Source: Gemmatimonadales bacterium (GTDB taxonomy: Bacteria; Gemmatimonadota; Gemmatimonadetes; Gemmatimonadales; GWC2-71-9). From it: a stretch of DNA of 64,000 nt. The notes beneath the pieces were generated by a model. It saw nothing but the letters and a program-made list of their open reading frames with translations, was not told where the DNA came from and did not search any database. Numbering within the stretch: the first letter of the stretch is position 1; every line of letters begins with the position of its first letter. The stretch lies in assembly GCA_041615815.1 (NCBI GenBank), contig JBFJCP010000004.1, positions 85,379 through 149,378 of the forward strand. The letters are read 5' to 3'. Made by a program: the position numbers and the translations under genes. Below are positions 9,875 through 18,396 of this stretch, one piece after another.

Positions 9875-10546
9875 ATGGCCTTGGTGGAGATTCGTCAACT
9901 CAGCAAGTCGTACTATCGGGATACCCAGGAGATCCCCGTCTTCGACGGCGTCGATCTCGACATCGAGGCCGGGGACTTCTTGGCGCTCATGGGTCCCTCG
10001 GGAAGTGGCAAGAGTACCCTGCTCAACCTGATTGCCGGATTGGACTTCCCGGACCGAGGGGAGATCAAGGTCGGCGAGGTGGTGATTACCGGCATGACGC
10101 GCCGGGCGCTCGCCGCGTGGAGGGCCCGCCACATCGGCTTCGTCTTTCAATTTTACAATCTTTTGCCGGTGCTCACGGCCTTTCAGAACGTGGAGCTCCC
10201 GCTCCTGCTCACCAATCTTTCCAAGCGGCAGCGCCGCGAGCATGTGATGACGGCGTTGGGCGTCGTGGGCCTCACAGACCGGGCCGAACACTTTCCTCGC
10301 CAGCTTTCGGGAGGACAGGAGCAACGGGTGGGCATCGCGCGAGCGGTGGTCAGCGACCCGACCATCATTCTCGCCGATGAGCCTACCGGTGATTTGGACG
10401 CTGCTTCCGCCGATGAGATTCTCACGCTCCTCGAGCGCCTGAACAAAGAGTTTGGCAAGACGGTGCTTATGGTGACCCACGACGCCCACGCGGCGGAGCG
10501 GGCCCATGCCGTGATGCATCTCGACAAGGGAGTGCTCCAGGCATGA
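9875..10546 (+). CDS. ABC transporter ATP-binding protein (MacB/LolD type)
   Basis: Walker [33 protein letters not shown]. Confidence 0.95.
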   Translation: MALVEIRQLSKSYYRDTQEIPVFDGVDLDIEAGDFLALMGPSGSGKSTLLNLIAGLDFPDRGEIKVGEVVITGMTRRALAAWRARHIGFVFQFYNLLPVLTAFQNVELPLLLTNLSKRQRREHVMTALGVVGLTDRAEHFPRQLSGGQEQRVGIARAVVSDPTIILADEPTGDLDAASADEILTLLERLNKEFGKTVLMVTHDAHAAERAHAVMHLDKGVLQA

Positions 10547-11679
10547 AATACATGCGGCTCATTTGGGCCAATCTGCTGCGACGCAAGACCCGCACGGTGT
10601 TGACGGTGTTGAGTGTGGCCGTGGCACTCTTTCTGTTCGCGGCGCTCCGGTCAGTCCTCACTGCGTTTGCCGCTGCGGGGGAGGTGGGGTCGGAGGCTCG
10701 CCTCGTAACGCGGAGCGCCATCGGCATCACCTTTCCGCTTCCCCAGGCCTACGCGCAGCGGATCTCCGCCCTCGACGGTGTCCGCGAGGTGTCCTGGGCC
10801 AACTGGTTCGGTGGCGTCTACGTCGATCCGCAGAACTTCTTTGCACAGTTTGCGGTGAATGACACGTATTTCCCCATGTATCCGGAGGTCCGTATCCCTT
10901 CCGAACAGCTTCAGGCGTTCAACGGGGAGCGAACGGCGGCCATCGTGGGGCAGGGTCTGATGGACCGGTTCGGGTGGCGGATGGGGCAGACGGTCACCCT
11001 ACAGGGGACGATATTCCCCGGTGACTGGGACTTCACGATTCGGGGCGTGTACGTGCCGGACGATCCGAGCTTTGGCGACGAGAGCTTCTTCTTCCATTAC
11101 GACTATCTCCTCGAGCGCACCAACCGGCAGATCACCCCCGGGTGGTTCATCTTGCAGCTGGGAAACCCCGACGCCGCCGCGGCGGTGTCCGCAGAGGTCG
11201 ATGCGCTGTTCGAGAACTCGAGCTCGCCCACTACCACTGAGACCGAGAAAGCGTTCAACGCCGGATTCGTGACCATGTGGGGGAATGTGTCGTTTCTGGT
11301 GCGCGCCATTGGAACCGCCGTCTTCTTTGCCATCCTGCTCTTGGCGGCCAACACCATGATGATGGCCGCCCGCGAGCGTATAGGCGAAGTGGCGGTCCTC
11401 AAGACGTTGGGGTTTTCCAACGGGCTTCTCTCGGGTCTCGTCATGACGGAAGCTGTCACGATCTCGCTGCTCGGCGGCGTGGTCGGCATCCTTGGTGCGC
11501 GGGCCGTTCTGAGCCGGTCCGAAATGATCTCGTCGATCATTCCGGGCTACGCCATCGAGTGGAGCACGGTGGCGTTGGGGCTGGGTGTTGCCGCGCTCCT
11601 GGGCTTGGCCAGCGGACTGGTGCCGGCGATCCAAGCCGGCCGGTTGTCCGTGGTCGACGCCTTCCGCCGGGTCGCGTAG
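10543..11679 (+). CDS. ABC transporter permease (MacB-PCD/FtsX-like)
   Basis: [12 protein letters not shown], periplasmic domain, [23 protein letters not shown]; ATGA overlap with the ATPase. Confidence 0.9.
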   Translation: MKYMRLIWANLLRRKTRTVLTVLSVAVALFLFAALRSVLTAFAAAGEVGSEARLVTRSAIGITFPLPQAYAQRISALDGVREVSWANWFGGVYVDPQNFFAQFAVNDTYFPMYPEVRIPSEQLQAFNGERTAAIVGQGLMDRFGWRMGQTVTLQGTIFPGDWDFTIRGVYVPDDPSFGDESFFFHYDYLLERTNRQITPGWFILQLGNPDAAAAVSAEVDALFENSSSPTTTETEKAFNAGFVTMWGNVSFLVRAIGTAVFFAILLLAANTMMMAARERIGEVAVLKTLGFSNGLLSGLVMTEAVTISLLGGVVGILGARAVLSRSEMISSIIPGYAIEWSTVALGLGVAALLGLASGLVPAIQAGRLSVVDAFRRVA

Positions 11680-11687
11680 GAGGGGCC

Positions 11688-12851
11688 GTGAAGATCCCGC
11701 TCGTCTACAACCTCAGAAGCCTGCGGCAGCGTCCGGTGTCGACGCTGACCACTGCCGTTGGCATGGCCCTCGTCGTCGCGGTCTTCGTCGCCATGATGGC
11801 TCTATCGAACGGATTCGAAGCCGCGCTCGTGAGCACGGGATCGCAGGACAACGTGATGGTCCTGCGCAAAGGGGCGAATGCCGAAATGAGCAGCGCCTTG
11901 AGCCGGGAGGCAGCGAATATCGTGGCGGCGTCCCCGTTTGTGGCCCGGGATCCCACGGGGCAGTCCCTGGTGAGTCCGGAGACGTTTGTCGTCATCAGTG
12001 CCCATCGTGTGACCGGGGAGCTCGCCAATGTCGTCGTACGCGGTGTTGGTCCCCGCGCGCGGGACGTGCGCCAAAGTGTTCGGGTCGTCGAAGGCCGATG
12101 GTTCAGTTCGGGCGCGTCCGAAATCGTGGTTGGAGAGACGCTCTCGCGGCGCTTCGCCAATACCGGGATTGGAGACACCTTTCGGTTCGCCGGTCGGGAC
12201 TGGACGGTGGTGGGTCGATTCACCGCCGATGGGTCCGCATTCGAATCGGAGATCTGGGGCGAGAACGAGCAATTCATGCCGGTCTTCCGGGGCCAGGTGT
12301 TTCAGTCGATCACGTTCCGCCTCCAAGACTCCGGGGCGTTCGAGGGCGTCAAGGAGACGCTCGAAGACGATCCCCGGCTCTACGTCGACGCGTTTCGCGA
12401 GCAGCGATTCTGGGAGAACCAGGCTGGGCTCTTGGGTGGGATCCTCCGGTTCCTGGCCATCTTCATCTCGAGCGTGATGGCGATCGGGGCCGTCTTTGGT
12501 GCCGTGAACACGATGTATGCCGCGGTCGCCGCCCGATCACCGGAGATCGGGGTGCTGCTGACTCTGGGGTTCAGACCCAGGAACGTCCTGACCTCGTTTC
12601 TCGTGGAAGCCGTCCTCATCGCGCTGCTGGGCGGTGTCATTGGTTGCCTGCTCACGCTCCCCATCAACGGGCTCGTGACGAGCACGACGAACTGGAACTC
12701 CTTTAGCGAGTTAGCGTTTGCCTTCCGAGTGACCCCAGGACTGTTCGTCCAGGGTCTCATCTTCGCGGCGGTCATGGGCACGCTGGGCGGGATCCTTCCG
12801 GCCTGGCGGGCCGCCCGGCAGCCGGTGGCGACGGCACTCCGGGAGGCATGA
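11688..12851 (+). CDS. ABC transporter permease (MacB-PCD/FtsX-like)
   Basis: GTG after AGGAGG; YNLRSL, NTMYAAVAARSPEIG, LPAWRAAR. Confidence 0.9.
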   Translation: MKIPLVYNLRSLRQRPVSTLTTAVGMALVVAVFVAMMALSNGFEAALVSTGSQDNVMVLRKGANAEMSSALSREAANIVAASPFVARDPTGQSLVSPETFVVISAHRVTGELANVVVRGVGPRARDVRQSVRVVEGRWFSSGASEIVVGETLSRRFANTGIGDTFRFAGRDWTVVGRFTADGSAFESEIWGENEQFMPVFRGQVFQSITFRLQDSGAFEGVKETLEDDPRLYVDAFREQRFWENQAGLLGGILRFLAIFISSVMAIGAVFGAVNTMYAAVAARSPEIGVLLTLGFRPRNVLTSFLVEAVLIALLGGVIGCLLTLPINGLVTSTTNWNSFSELAFAFRVTPGLFVQGLIFAAVMGTLGGILPAWRAARQPVATALREA

Positions 12852-13024
12852 AGGTCGTTTGTGATCCGCATCACACTTCTGCTGCGGCACATCTTGCTAC
12901 TATTTGACAGCGGGAACGGTTACGGTCCCGAGCCCTACAGCCGATCGTCTTCTTATAAGGAAGGGAATCGTGGTGGCGCGTTGCCCGGCGGATCGGGCGC
13001 GTCGTGCACGCGGCGAGCACACCG

Positions 13025-13222
13025 ATGACGATTCAGCGACTCACGCATCCACGGCTCATGATTGCCCCGGCGGTCGGTCAGTCCATCAGGCTGATTGAGT
13101 CGACCGTTCGGCAAGCATTTGCGAGCGTCGGAGTGGTGATCTCCTTTGTCTCTCCCCTGATTTGGCTGGTGGGTTGGGTTGTGCTCATCGTGACCGCCGT
13201 CAAGACCGGCCGTTGGTTCTAG
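13025..13222 (+). CDS. Small hypothetical membrane protein (65 aa)
   Basis: Fills an intergenic gap; C-terminal hydrophobic helix; followed by a terminator hairpin. Confidence 0.45.
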   Translation: MTIQRLTHPRLMIAPAVGQSIRLIESTVRQAFASVGVVISFVSPLIWLVGWVVLIVTAVKTGRWF

Positions 13223-13241
13223 CGGCACGGACGGAAGGAAG

Positions 13242-13276
13242 AAAGCGCCCCGGGTCTCGGCCCGGGGCGCTTTTCG
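13242..13276. terminator. Bidirectional rho-independent terminator
   Basis: AAAGCGCCCCGGG-tctcgg-CCCGGGGCGCTTT perfect stem between convergent genes. Confidence 0.8.
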
Positions 13277-13301
13277 TTGGCACGCTTACGCCCTCCATGC
13301 G

Positions 13302-13574
13302 TCAATCTACGTCGCCCGCCCCCACATCGTGCTCCTGCAGTGCTTGGAGGAACTCTTGTGACTTCCGGCGGCGGCGTTCCGTCTCTGCCGCATCGACCTC
13401 CGCTGCGAGCCAGTCCGGCTCACCACCGTCATCGATGGGAACCCGCAACACCATAGACTCGGCGATGCCCTTCTTGAAGCGCCGCAGCGGAATGGACGCC
13501 GCTCGGCCCTCCTCGTCGACGACGATCGCTGTCTGCGCACTGATACGGTCAACGGCGTAGTAGCGTTCGGCCAT
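13302..13574 (-). CDS. DUF3006-like protein
   Basis: AVDRI..AIV, acidic EVDAAETERRRR C-terminal helix pattern; GAGGG SD. Confidence 0.65.
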   Translation of the reverse strand: MAERYYAVDRISAQTAIVVDEEGRAASIPLRRFKKGIAESMVLRVPIDDGGEPDWLAAEVDAAETERRRRKSQEFLQALQEHDVGAGDVD

Positions 13575-13862
13575 TCACCACCCTCGGATTGGCTGGATCC
13601 GGACCTGGTGCCCGCACGATCTTTGGCCCATAAGGTTGCCGAGTTCCGGGCTGAAAGGCAACGGGCCTGGAAGGGCAGACCGCGATGGGCAGAAGGCAGA
13701 AGGCGAGGGCAAACGCAGCGAGCGGCACGGACGTGCGGCGAATTCAGCAATCCGATGTGAGAACTGGTGATCCGAGTGGGGGGCACAGAGGTGGACGAGG
13801 GCAGAGGTAGGAGGATCAGGGCGAGCTCGCCGCCTCAGCCTTCCACCCTCTGCCCCCGATTG

Positions 13863-16800
13863 TTACGGTGCGCCGTGGCAGGTCTCTCCGAAGCTGGAGT
13901 CGAGCGGCGAGCTGCTGGCATTGGGAGCGCCGAGGAACTCCCAATCGTAGCTATTCTGGTGGAGCTGGAGCTTGAGGATGCCCCAGGTGTTGTCGATCCG
14001 CACCTGGCTGTTCGGCTGAATCTGTCCTGGGCTGATGGTGCGCAGCGGTGAGCCGCCCGTCCCGACGATGAACTGGCGGATGCCGAAAACCGGATCGGCA
14101 ACGCCGCTCGGATTCTGTCGGGCGTAGCGCTCGTAGAAGTGGCCGTCCCCGTTCAACACCAGTTCCACACCCGCGCTGTAGAGGGCATCCCAGACCGCTT
14201 GGAGATTGGCGTCGCCCGGGGCGGTTTGCGGCCCCGAGCTGTACCTCGGCGAGTGCCAGTAAGCCAGGGTGCACAACTTCTGCGTTGTCGCGAGCTCGTT
14301 CTGGAGCCAGGTCAACTGAGCCGACCCCGCGCCGATGGCGATCTCGCTGTTGAGGACGATGACACGCCAGGCTCCGAGGTTGTAGGCGTAGTATCCCTGT
14401 CCGCGCGCCCCGGCAGGCAGGCCATCGCCATCCGGGTCCCAGTAGTCCCAGTAGGGGCTCGCCTGCGGATTCACGTCGTACTCGTGATTCCCGATCGTGG
14501 GCCGGGTCCGGTCGCGGTGCCGACCCCACGTCGGATGGTACAGGGTGTTGAACTGTGCGGCCGTTCCCGACGGCACGTGATCTCCCAGCGTGAAGATCGT
14601 GGCAGCGGCCCCGATTTGGTCGAGCATGGCCGCCGTCTGAGAGGCCCCGGTGGTGTCCCCGGCCGCCCCAATGATGTCACCCGCACCGAGCATGACCTGC
14701 TCAAAGGCGAGGCACCGCACTTCCATGGCGTAACTCGTGGTCGTGTTGTAGGCCACGGTGGCCGTCTGGGGATTGCCGCCAAGGACATTGCAGTTGTCCT
14801 GCCGGCCCGAGATAGCAATGCTATGTTGGCCCACCGCCAGATTCGTGAACGTCACCGTCTGATTGGTCCCGCTCGGTTGCGTGGTCGAGCCGTCCACGGT
14901 CACGCTATAACCGTCCGGATCCAGGTCCGTTCCGGTGGTGGTGATCACCACGTTCAGGGTCCCCTCGTATGGCACGCACGTGACGGTCCAGCTGTGCGAT
15001 CCCGTGCCGTTGGCTGGGACGGTGGCGGTGGCCGGATTGGCGCCGCCCACCGTACAGTTGGCGCGGGCGCCGCTCAGCTGCACCGAGTGATTCCCGTCGT
15101 CCAGATCGACGAACGTGACGGTGCCGTTGATGCCGATGGCCTGACTCTGCGAGCCGTCCACGGTGACCGTGTAGCCATCCGGATCAAGGCTGTCGCCAAG
15201 AGTCGTTACGCTCACGTCGAGGTTCCCCAGGAGGGGCGCGCACGTAATGGAAAACGTCGTCGAGGCCGTACCGGCATACGGGACGCTCACCGTCCGCGGA
15301 TTGGAGCCCGAGACCGTGCAGTTGTTGTCCAGTCCGGTGAGCTCCACGGTGTGGCTCGCCTCGTCGAGCCCGGTGAACAGCAACGTGTCCGCGAGACCGA
15401 TGGCGCTCGGGGTACCGGCATCCACGGTCACCGCGTAGCCGTTGGGATCCAGGTCGGTTCCACTCGTCGTCGTGATGATCCGAAGGTCGCCGAGGCGCTC
15501 GACGCAGTTCACGGTGAAGGTAGTCGTTGCGGTGCCGCTGAACGGCACGGTGACGGTCACGGGGTTGGTGCTGGTGACCGTGCAGTTCCCCTCGAGTCCC
15601 GTGAGCTGCACGCTGTGAGCGCCCTCATCCAAGCCGGCAAAGCTGACGGTCCCATTGGCGAGGATCGCTTGTGGTGTGCCACCGTCGACAGCCACCGAGT
15701 AGCCGTCGGGGTCGATGTCGACGCCGGTCGACACCGTCGTCACGTCGAGATTCCCCGTGCGGTTCACGCAGTTGACGTCGAAGCTCGTGGTCGCGGTGGC
15801 GTTGAACGGCACGTTCGCGGTGACCGGGTTGGTGCTGGTCACGCTGCAGTTGCCCGCCAGCCCCGTCAGCTCGACGCTGTGGTTGCCTTCCGTGAGCCCC
15901 TGGAAGGTGGTGGTGGCATTGATCGCGACACTCTGACTGACCGAGCCATCGACGGTCACCGTGTACCCATCGGGGTCGAGGTCGGTACCCGTGGTGCGAG
16001 TCGTCACTCCTAGATTGCCAAGGCGCTGCGTACACGTCAGATCGAACGTGGACGTCCCCGTTCCCTGGAATGGCACGTTCGCCTGTCGGGGGTTGATCCC
16101 TGAGAGGGTGCAGTTTCCGGCAATGCCGGTGAGAGTGATCGTATGCAGCCCCTCGGCGAGCCCGGTGAACGTCACGGAACCGTTGGTTGCGATCGTTTGA
16201 TTCTGCGCGCCGTCCACCGAGACGGTGTATCCGTTGGGATCCAGATCCACGCCGGTGGTGTTCGTCGTCACCGTGAGATCACCGGTGCGGTCGGAGCAGG
16301 TCACACTGAAGCTCGTAGCGGCGGACCCGTTGAAGGGGACCGTCACCGTGTCTGGGTTCGCGCTCGTCACGGTGCAGTTGTTGATGACACCGGTCAGCTG
16401 GACGGCGTGATCTCCTTCGGTGAGGCCCGTGAAGGTGACGGTTGCGTTGATACCGATGGATCGACTCTGGGTCCCGTCGACGGTGATGGTGTAACCGTCC
16501 GGGTCCAGGTCGTCCCCCGTGGTGGCCGTCGTGACGTCGAGCGTTCCGGTTCGCGCGGCGCAGTTCACCGTGAACGTGGCGGTCCCTGTCGCAGCAAACG
16601 GAACCGAGGCCGTTTGCGGGTTGCTGCCGCTCACCGTGCAATTGCCGGCCAAGCCGGTGAGCTCGACCGAGTGGTTGCCTTCCGCAAGGCCGGTAAAGGT
16701 GACCGATCCATTGGTGGCCACGGTCTGCGTCAGCGTCCCGTCCACGGTCACCGAGTATCCGTCGGGATCCTGGTCGCTTCCGGTGGTTGTCACGGTGACG

Positions 16801-18179
16801 GACAGGTCGCCAAGGCGGTCCGAGCAGGCCACCGCGAAGCTCGTCGAGGCCGTACCGCTGTAGGGCACGGTCACGGTCACCGGGTTCGCGCCACTGACGC
16901 TGCAGTTTCCAGCCAAACCGGTGAGCTCGACGCTGCGATTGCCTTCCGCCACGCCGGTGATCGTCACCGTGCCGTTGATCCCGATGGTCTGGCTTTGACT
17001 CCCATCGATCACGACCGTGTACCCGTCCGGATCTGGGTCGGTGCCGGTTGTCGCGGTGGACACGTCGAGGCTCCCGACGCGGGGGATGCACTGCACGGCG
17101 AACGTGGCGGACCCCGATCCGCCCGGTGGCACATCGGCGCTCACCGGATTGGCGCTGGTCACGGAGCAGTTCTCCGCCACGCCGGACAGCTCGACGCTAT
17201 GCGTCCCGTCGTCCAGGTCGGCAAACACGGCGGTCCCGTTGGTCGTCACGGACTGGCTCTGCACGCCGTCCAGCGTGACCACGTAGCCATCAGGGTCGAG
17301 ATCGGTCCCCGTGGTCGCGACCGTTACGCTCAGCCCACCCTTCAGTGGAACGCACTGAACCGCGAATGTGAGGGTGGCCGTGCCACCAGGTGGCACATCG
17401 GCGTTGGCCGGGTTCGCGCCCGTGACGGCGCAGTTCCCCGCGATACCCGTGATCTCCACCGTATGCGGACCATCCGGGAGATCGGTGAACAAGACACTGC
17501 CATTGGCGTCGATGGCCTGACTCACGGCGGCCGCCGCCGCAGGTGCGGGGGCAGCGGTGGCGTCGGGGCGGATTGGCCGAGCACCGGCAGTCCCGGTGCG
17601 GCCTCGGAGGTTGGCATCGAAAGCGGTGGGATCGTCGTCGACCCGGTCGTCGGGCGCCGAGGTCGCTGACGGCGGGGACGGGCTGATCTGGGTGACGGTG
17701 ACCATGTAGCCGTCCGGATCCAGATCCTCACCGGAAGTGGCCATGTCGACCTGGAGATCGCCCACGAACGTGGAGCAACTGACGTTCATGCGGGTCGTCC
17801 CGCCGGTCCCGTCCTGGATCACCACCGTGCGAGGGTGTTCGCCGAGGATCGTGCAGTTGCTTGCCACGCCGCTCAGGGCGACGGTGTGACTCCCCGCCGC
17901 AAGCCCGCCAATGGTGGCCGAGCCGTTGGCCGGAATGTCCCGGGTAATGGTCCCGTCGATGGTGGCGGTATAGCCGTCCGGATCGATGTCGTCACCGGAC
18001 GTGACGATCTGAACGAAGAGCGCAAACCGCGGCTCACCCGGACCGGTCTGCCTTTCTCCCGCACAGCGGGCCACGAGCACGGACAGGGCGATGTAGCCGA
18101 AGGAACGCAAGAGCACGCCCCATAGGCGCCGAAGACGGGGGCGGGCATCCCTCGGTTCTGGAGTCGTTGCAGCCTTCAC
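13863..18179 (-). CDS. Large putative surface lipoprotein: twelve 88-aa beta-rich repeats plus C-terminal calcineurin-like metallophosphoesterase
   Basis: Hydrophobic N-terminus ending in Cys (LVARC); repeats with DxDPDGY and two invariant Cys; C-terminal GAGDI, LGD, GNHEY, WHSPRYS, GDGHFYER. Confidence 0.85.
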   Translation of the reverse strand: MKAATTPEPRDARPRLRRLWGVLLRSFGYIALSVLVARCAGERQTGPGEPRFALFVQIVTSGDDIDPDGYTATIDGTITRDIPANGSATIGGLAAGSHTVALSGVASNCTILGEHPRTVVIQDGTGGTTRMNVSCSTFVGDLQVDMATSGEDLDPDGYMVTVTQISPSPPSATSAPDDRVDDDPTAFDANLRGRTGTAGARPIRPDATAAPAPAAAAAVSQAIDANGSVLFTDLPDGPHTVEITGIAGNCAVTGANPANADVPPGGTATLTFAVQCVPLKGGLSVTVATTGTDLDPDGYVVTLDGVQSQSVTTNGTAVFADLDDGTHSVELSGVAENCSVTSANPVSADVPPGGSGSATFAVQCIPRVGSLDVSTATTGTDPDPDGYTVVIDGSQSQTIGINGTVTITGVAEGNRSVELTGLAGNCSVSGANPVTVTVPYSGTASTSFAVACSDRLGDLSVTVTTTGSDQDPDGYSVTVDGTLTQTVATNGSVTFTGLAEGNHSVELTGLAGNCTVSGSNPQTASVPFAATGTATFTVNCAARTGTLDVTTATTGDDLDPDGYTITVDGTQSRSIGINATVTFTGLTEGDHAVQLTGVINNCTVTSANPDTVTVPFNGSAATSFSVTCSDRTGDLTVTTNTTGVDLDPNGYTVSVDGAQNQTIATNGSVTFTGLAEGLHTITLTGIAGNCTLSGINPRQANVPFQGTGTSTFDLTCTQRLGNLGVTTRTTGTDLDPDGYTVTVDGSVSQSVAINATTTFQGLTEGNHSVELTGLAGNCSVTSTNPVTANVPFNATATTSFDVNCVNRTGNLDVTTVSTGVDIDPDGYSVAVDGGTPQAILANGTVSFAGLDEGAHSVQLTGLEGNCTVTSTNPVTVTVPFSGTATTTFTVNCVERLGDLRIITTTSGTDLDPNGYAVTVDAGTPSAIGLADTLLFTGLDEASHTVELTGLDNNCTVSGSNPRTVSVPYAGTASTTFSITCAPLLGNLDVSVTTLGDSLDPDGYTVTVDGSQSQAIGINGTVTFVDLDDGNHSVQLSGARANCTVGGANPATATVPANGTGSHSWTVTCVPYEGTLNVVITTTGTDLDPDGYSVTVDGSTTQPSGTNQTVTFTNLAVGQHSIAISGRQDNCNVLGGNPQTATVAYNTTTSYAMEVRCLAFEQVMLGAGDIIGAAGDTTGASQTAAMLDQIGAAATIFTLGDHVPSGTAAQFNTLYHPTWGRHRDRTRPTIGNHEYDVNPQASPYWDYWDPDGDGLPAGARGQGYYAYNLGAWRVIVLNSEIAIGAGSAQLTWLQNELATTQKLCTLAYWHSPRYSSGPQTAPGDANLQAVWDALYSAGVELVLNGDGHFYERYARQNPSGVADPVFGIRQFIVGTGGSPLRTISPGQIQPNSQVRIDNTWGILKLQLHQNSYDWEFLGAPNASSSPLDSSFGETCHGAP
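14705..18030 (-). repeat. Intragenic tandem repeat, 12 x about 264 bp (88 aa)
   Basis: Consensus GxLxVxTxTTGxDLDPDGYxVxVDG..NGxVxFxGLxEGxHxVxLxGxxxNCxVxxxNPxxVxVP..FxVxC, counted 12 times. Confidence 0.9.
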
Positions 18180-18396
18180 GATGTCAGGGCGCTTTCGAAG
18201 GGGTTCCCATTTTTTAAGTGATTACGCGCCTGACACGATTGGAAAAAGCGTACCCGATTAGGATAAGTCTCTGTGCCGGCTACGCTTGACCCCTTGGAGA
18301 GCCGTCTCGACCCGGTGTCTGATCGTTGCAGGATTGCAACAAGGGGAGGTACCGACTGTGGGGTTTTGTCCTTCTGGCCGTCGATGTGCCATGCGC

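Noticed and set aside
14139-17669. Long + strand ORFs (624 aa, 508 aa) opposite the repeat protein
   Set aside because: Antisense shadows of a GC-rich repetitive gene; Arg/Gly/His-rich with no motifs
14705-18030. Regular 264-bp periodicity as a possible CRISPR or DNA repeat array
   Set aside because: Repeats are in-frame, diverged at synonymous sites and conserved at protein level; no spacers or cas genes
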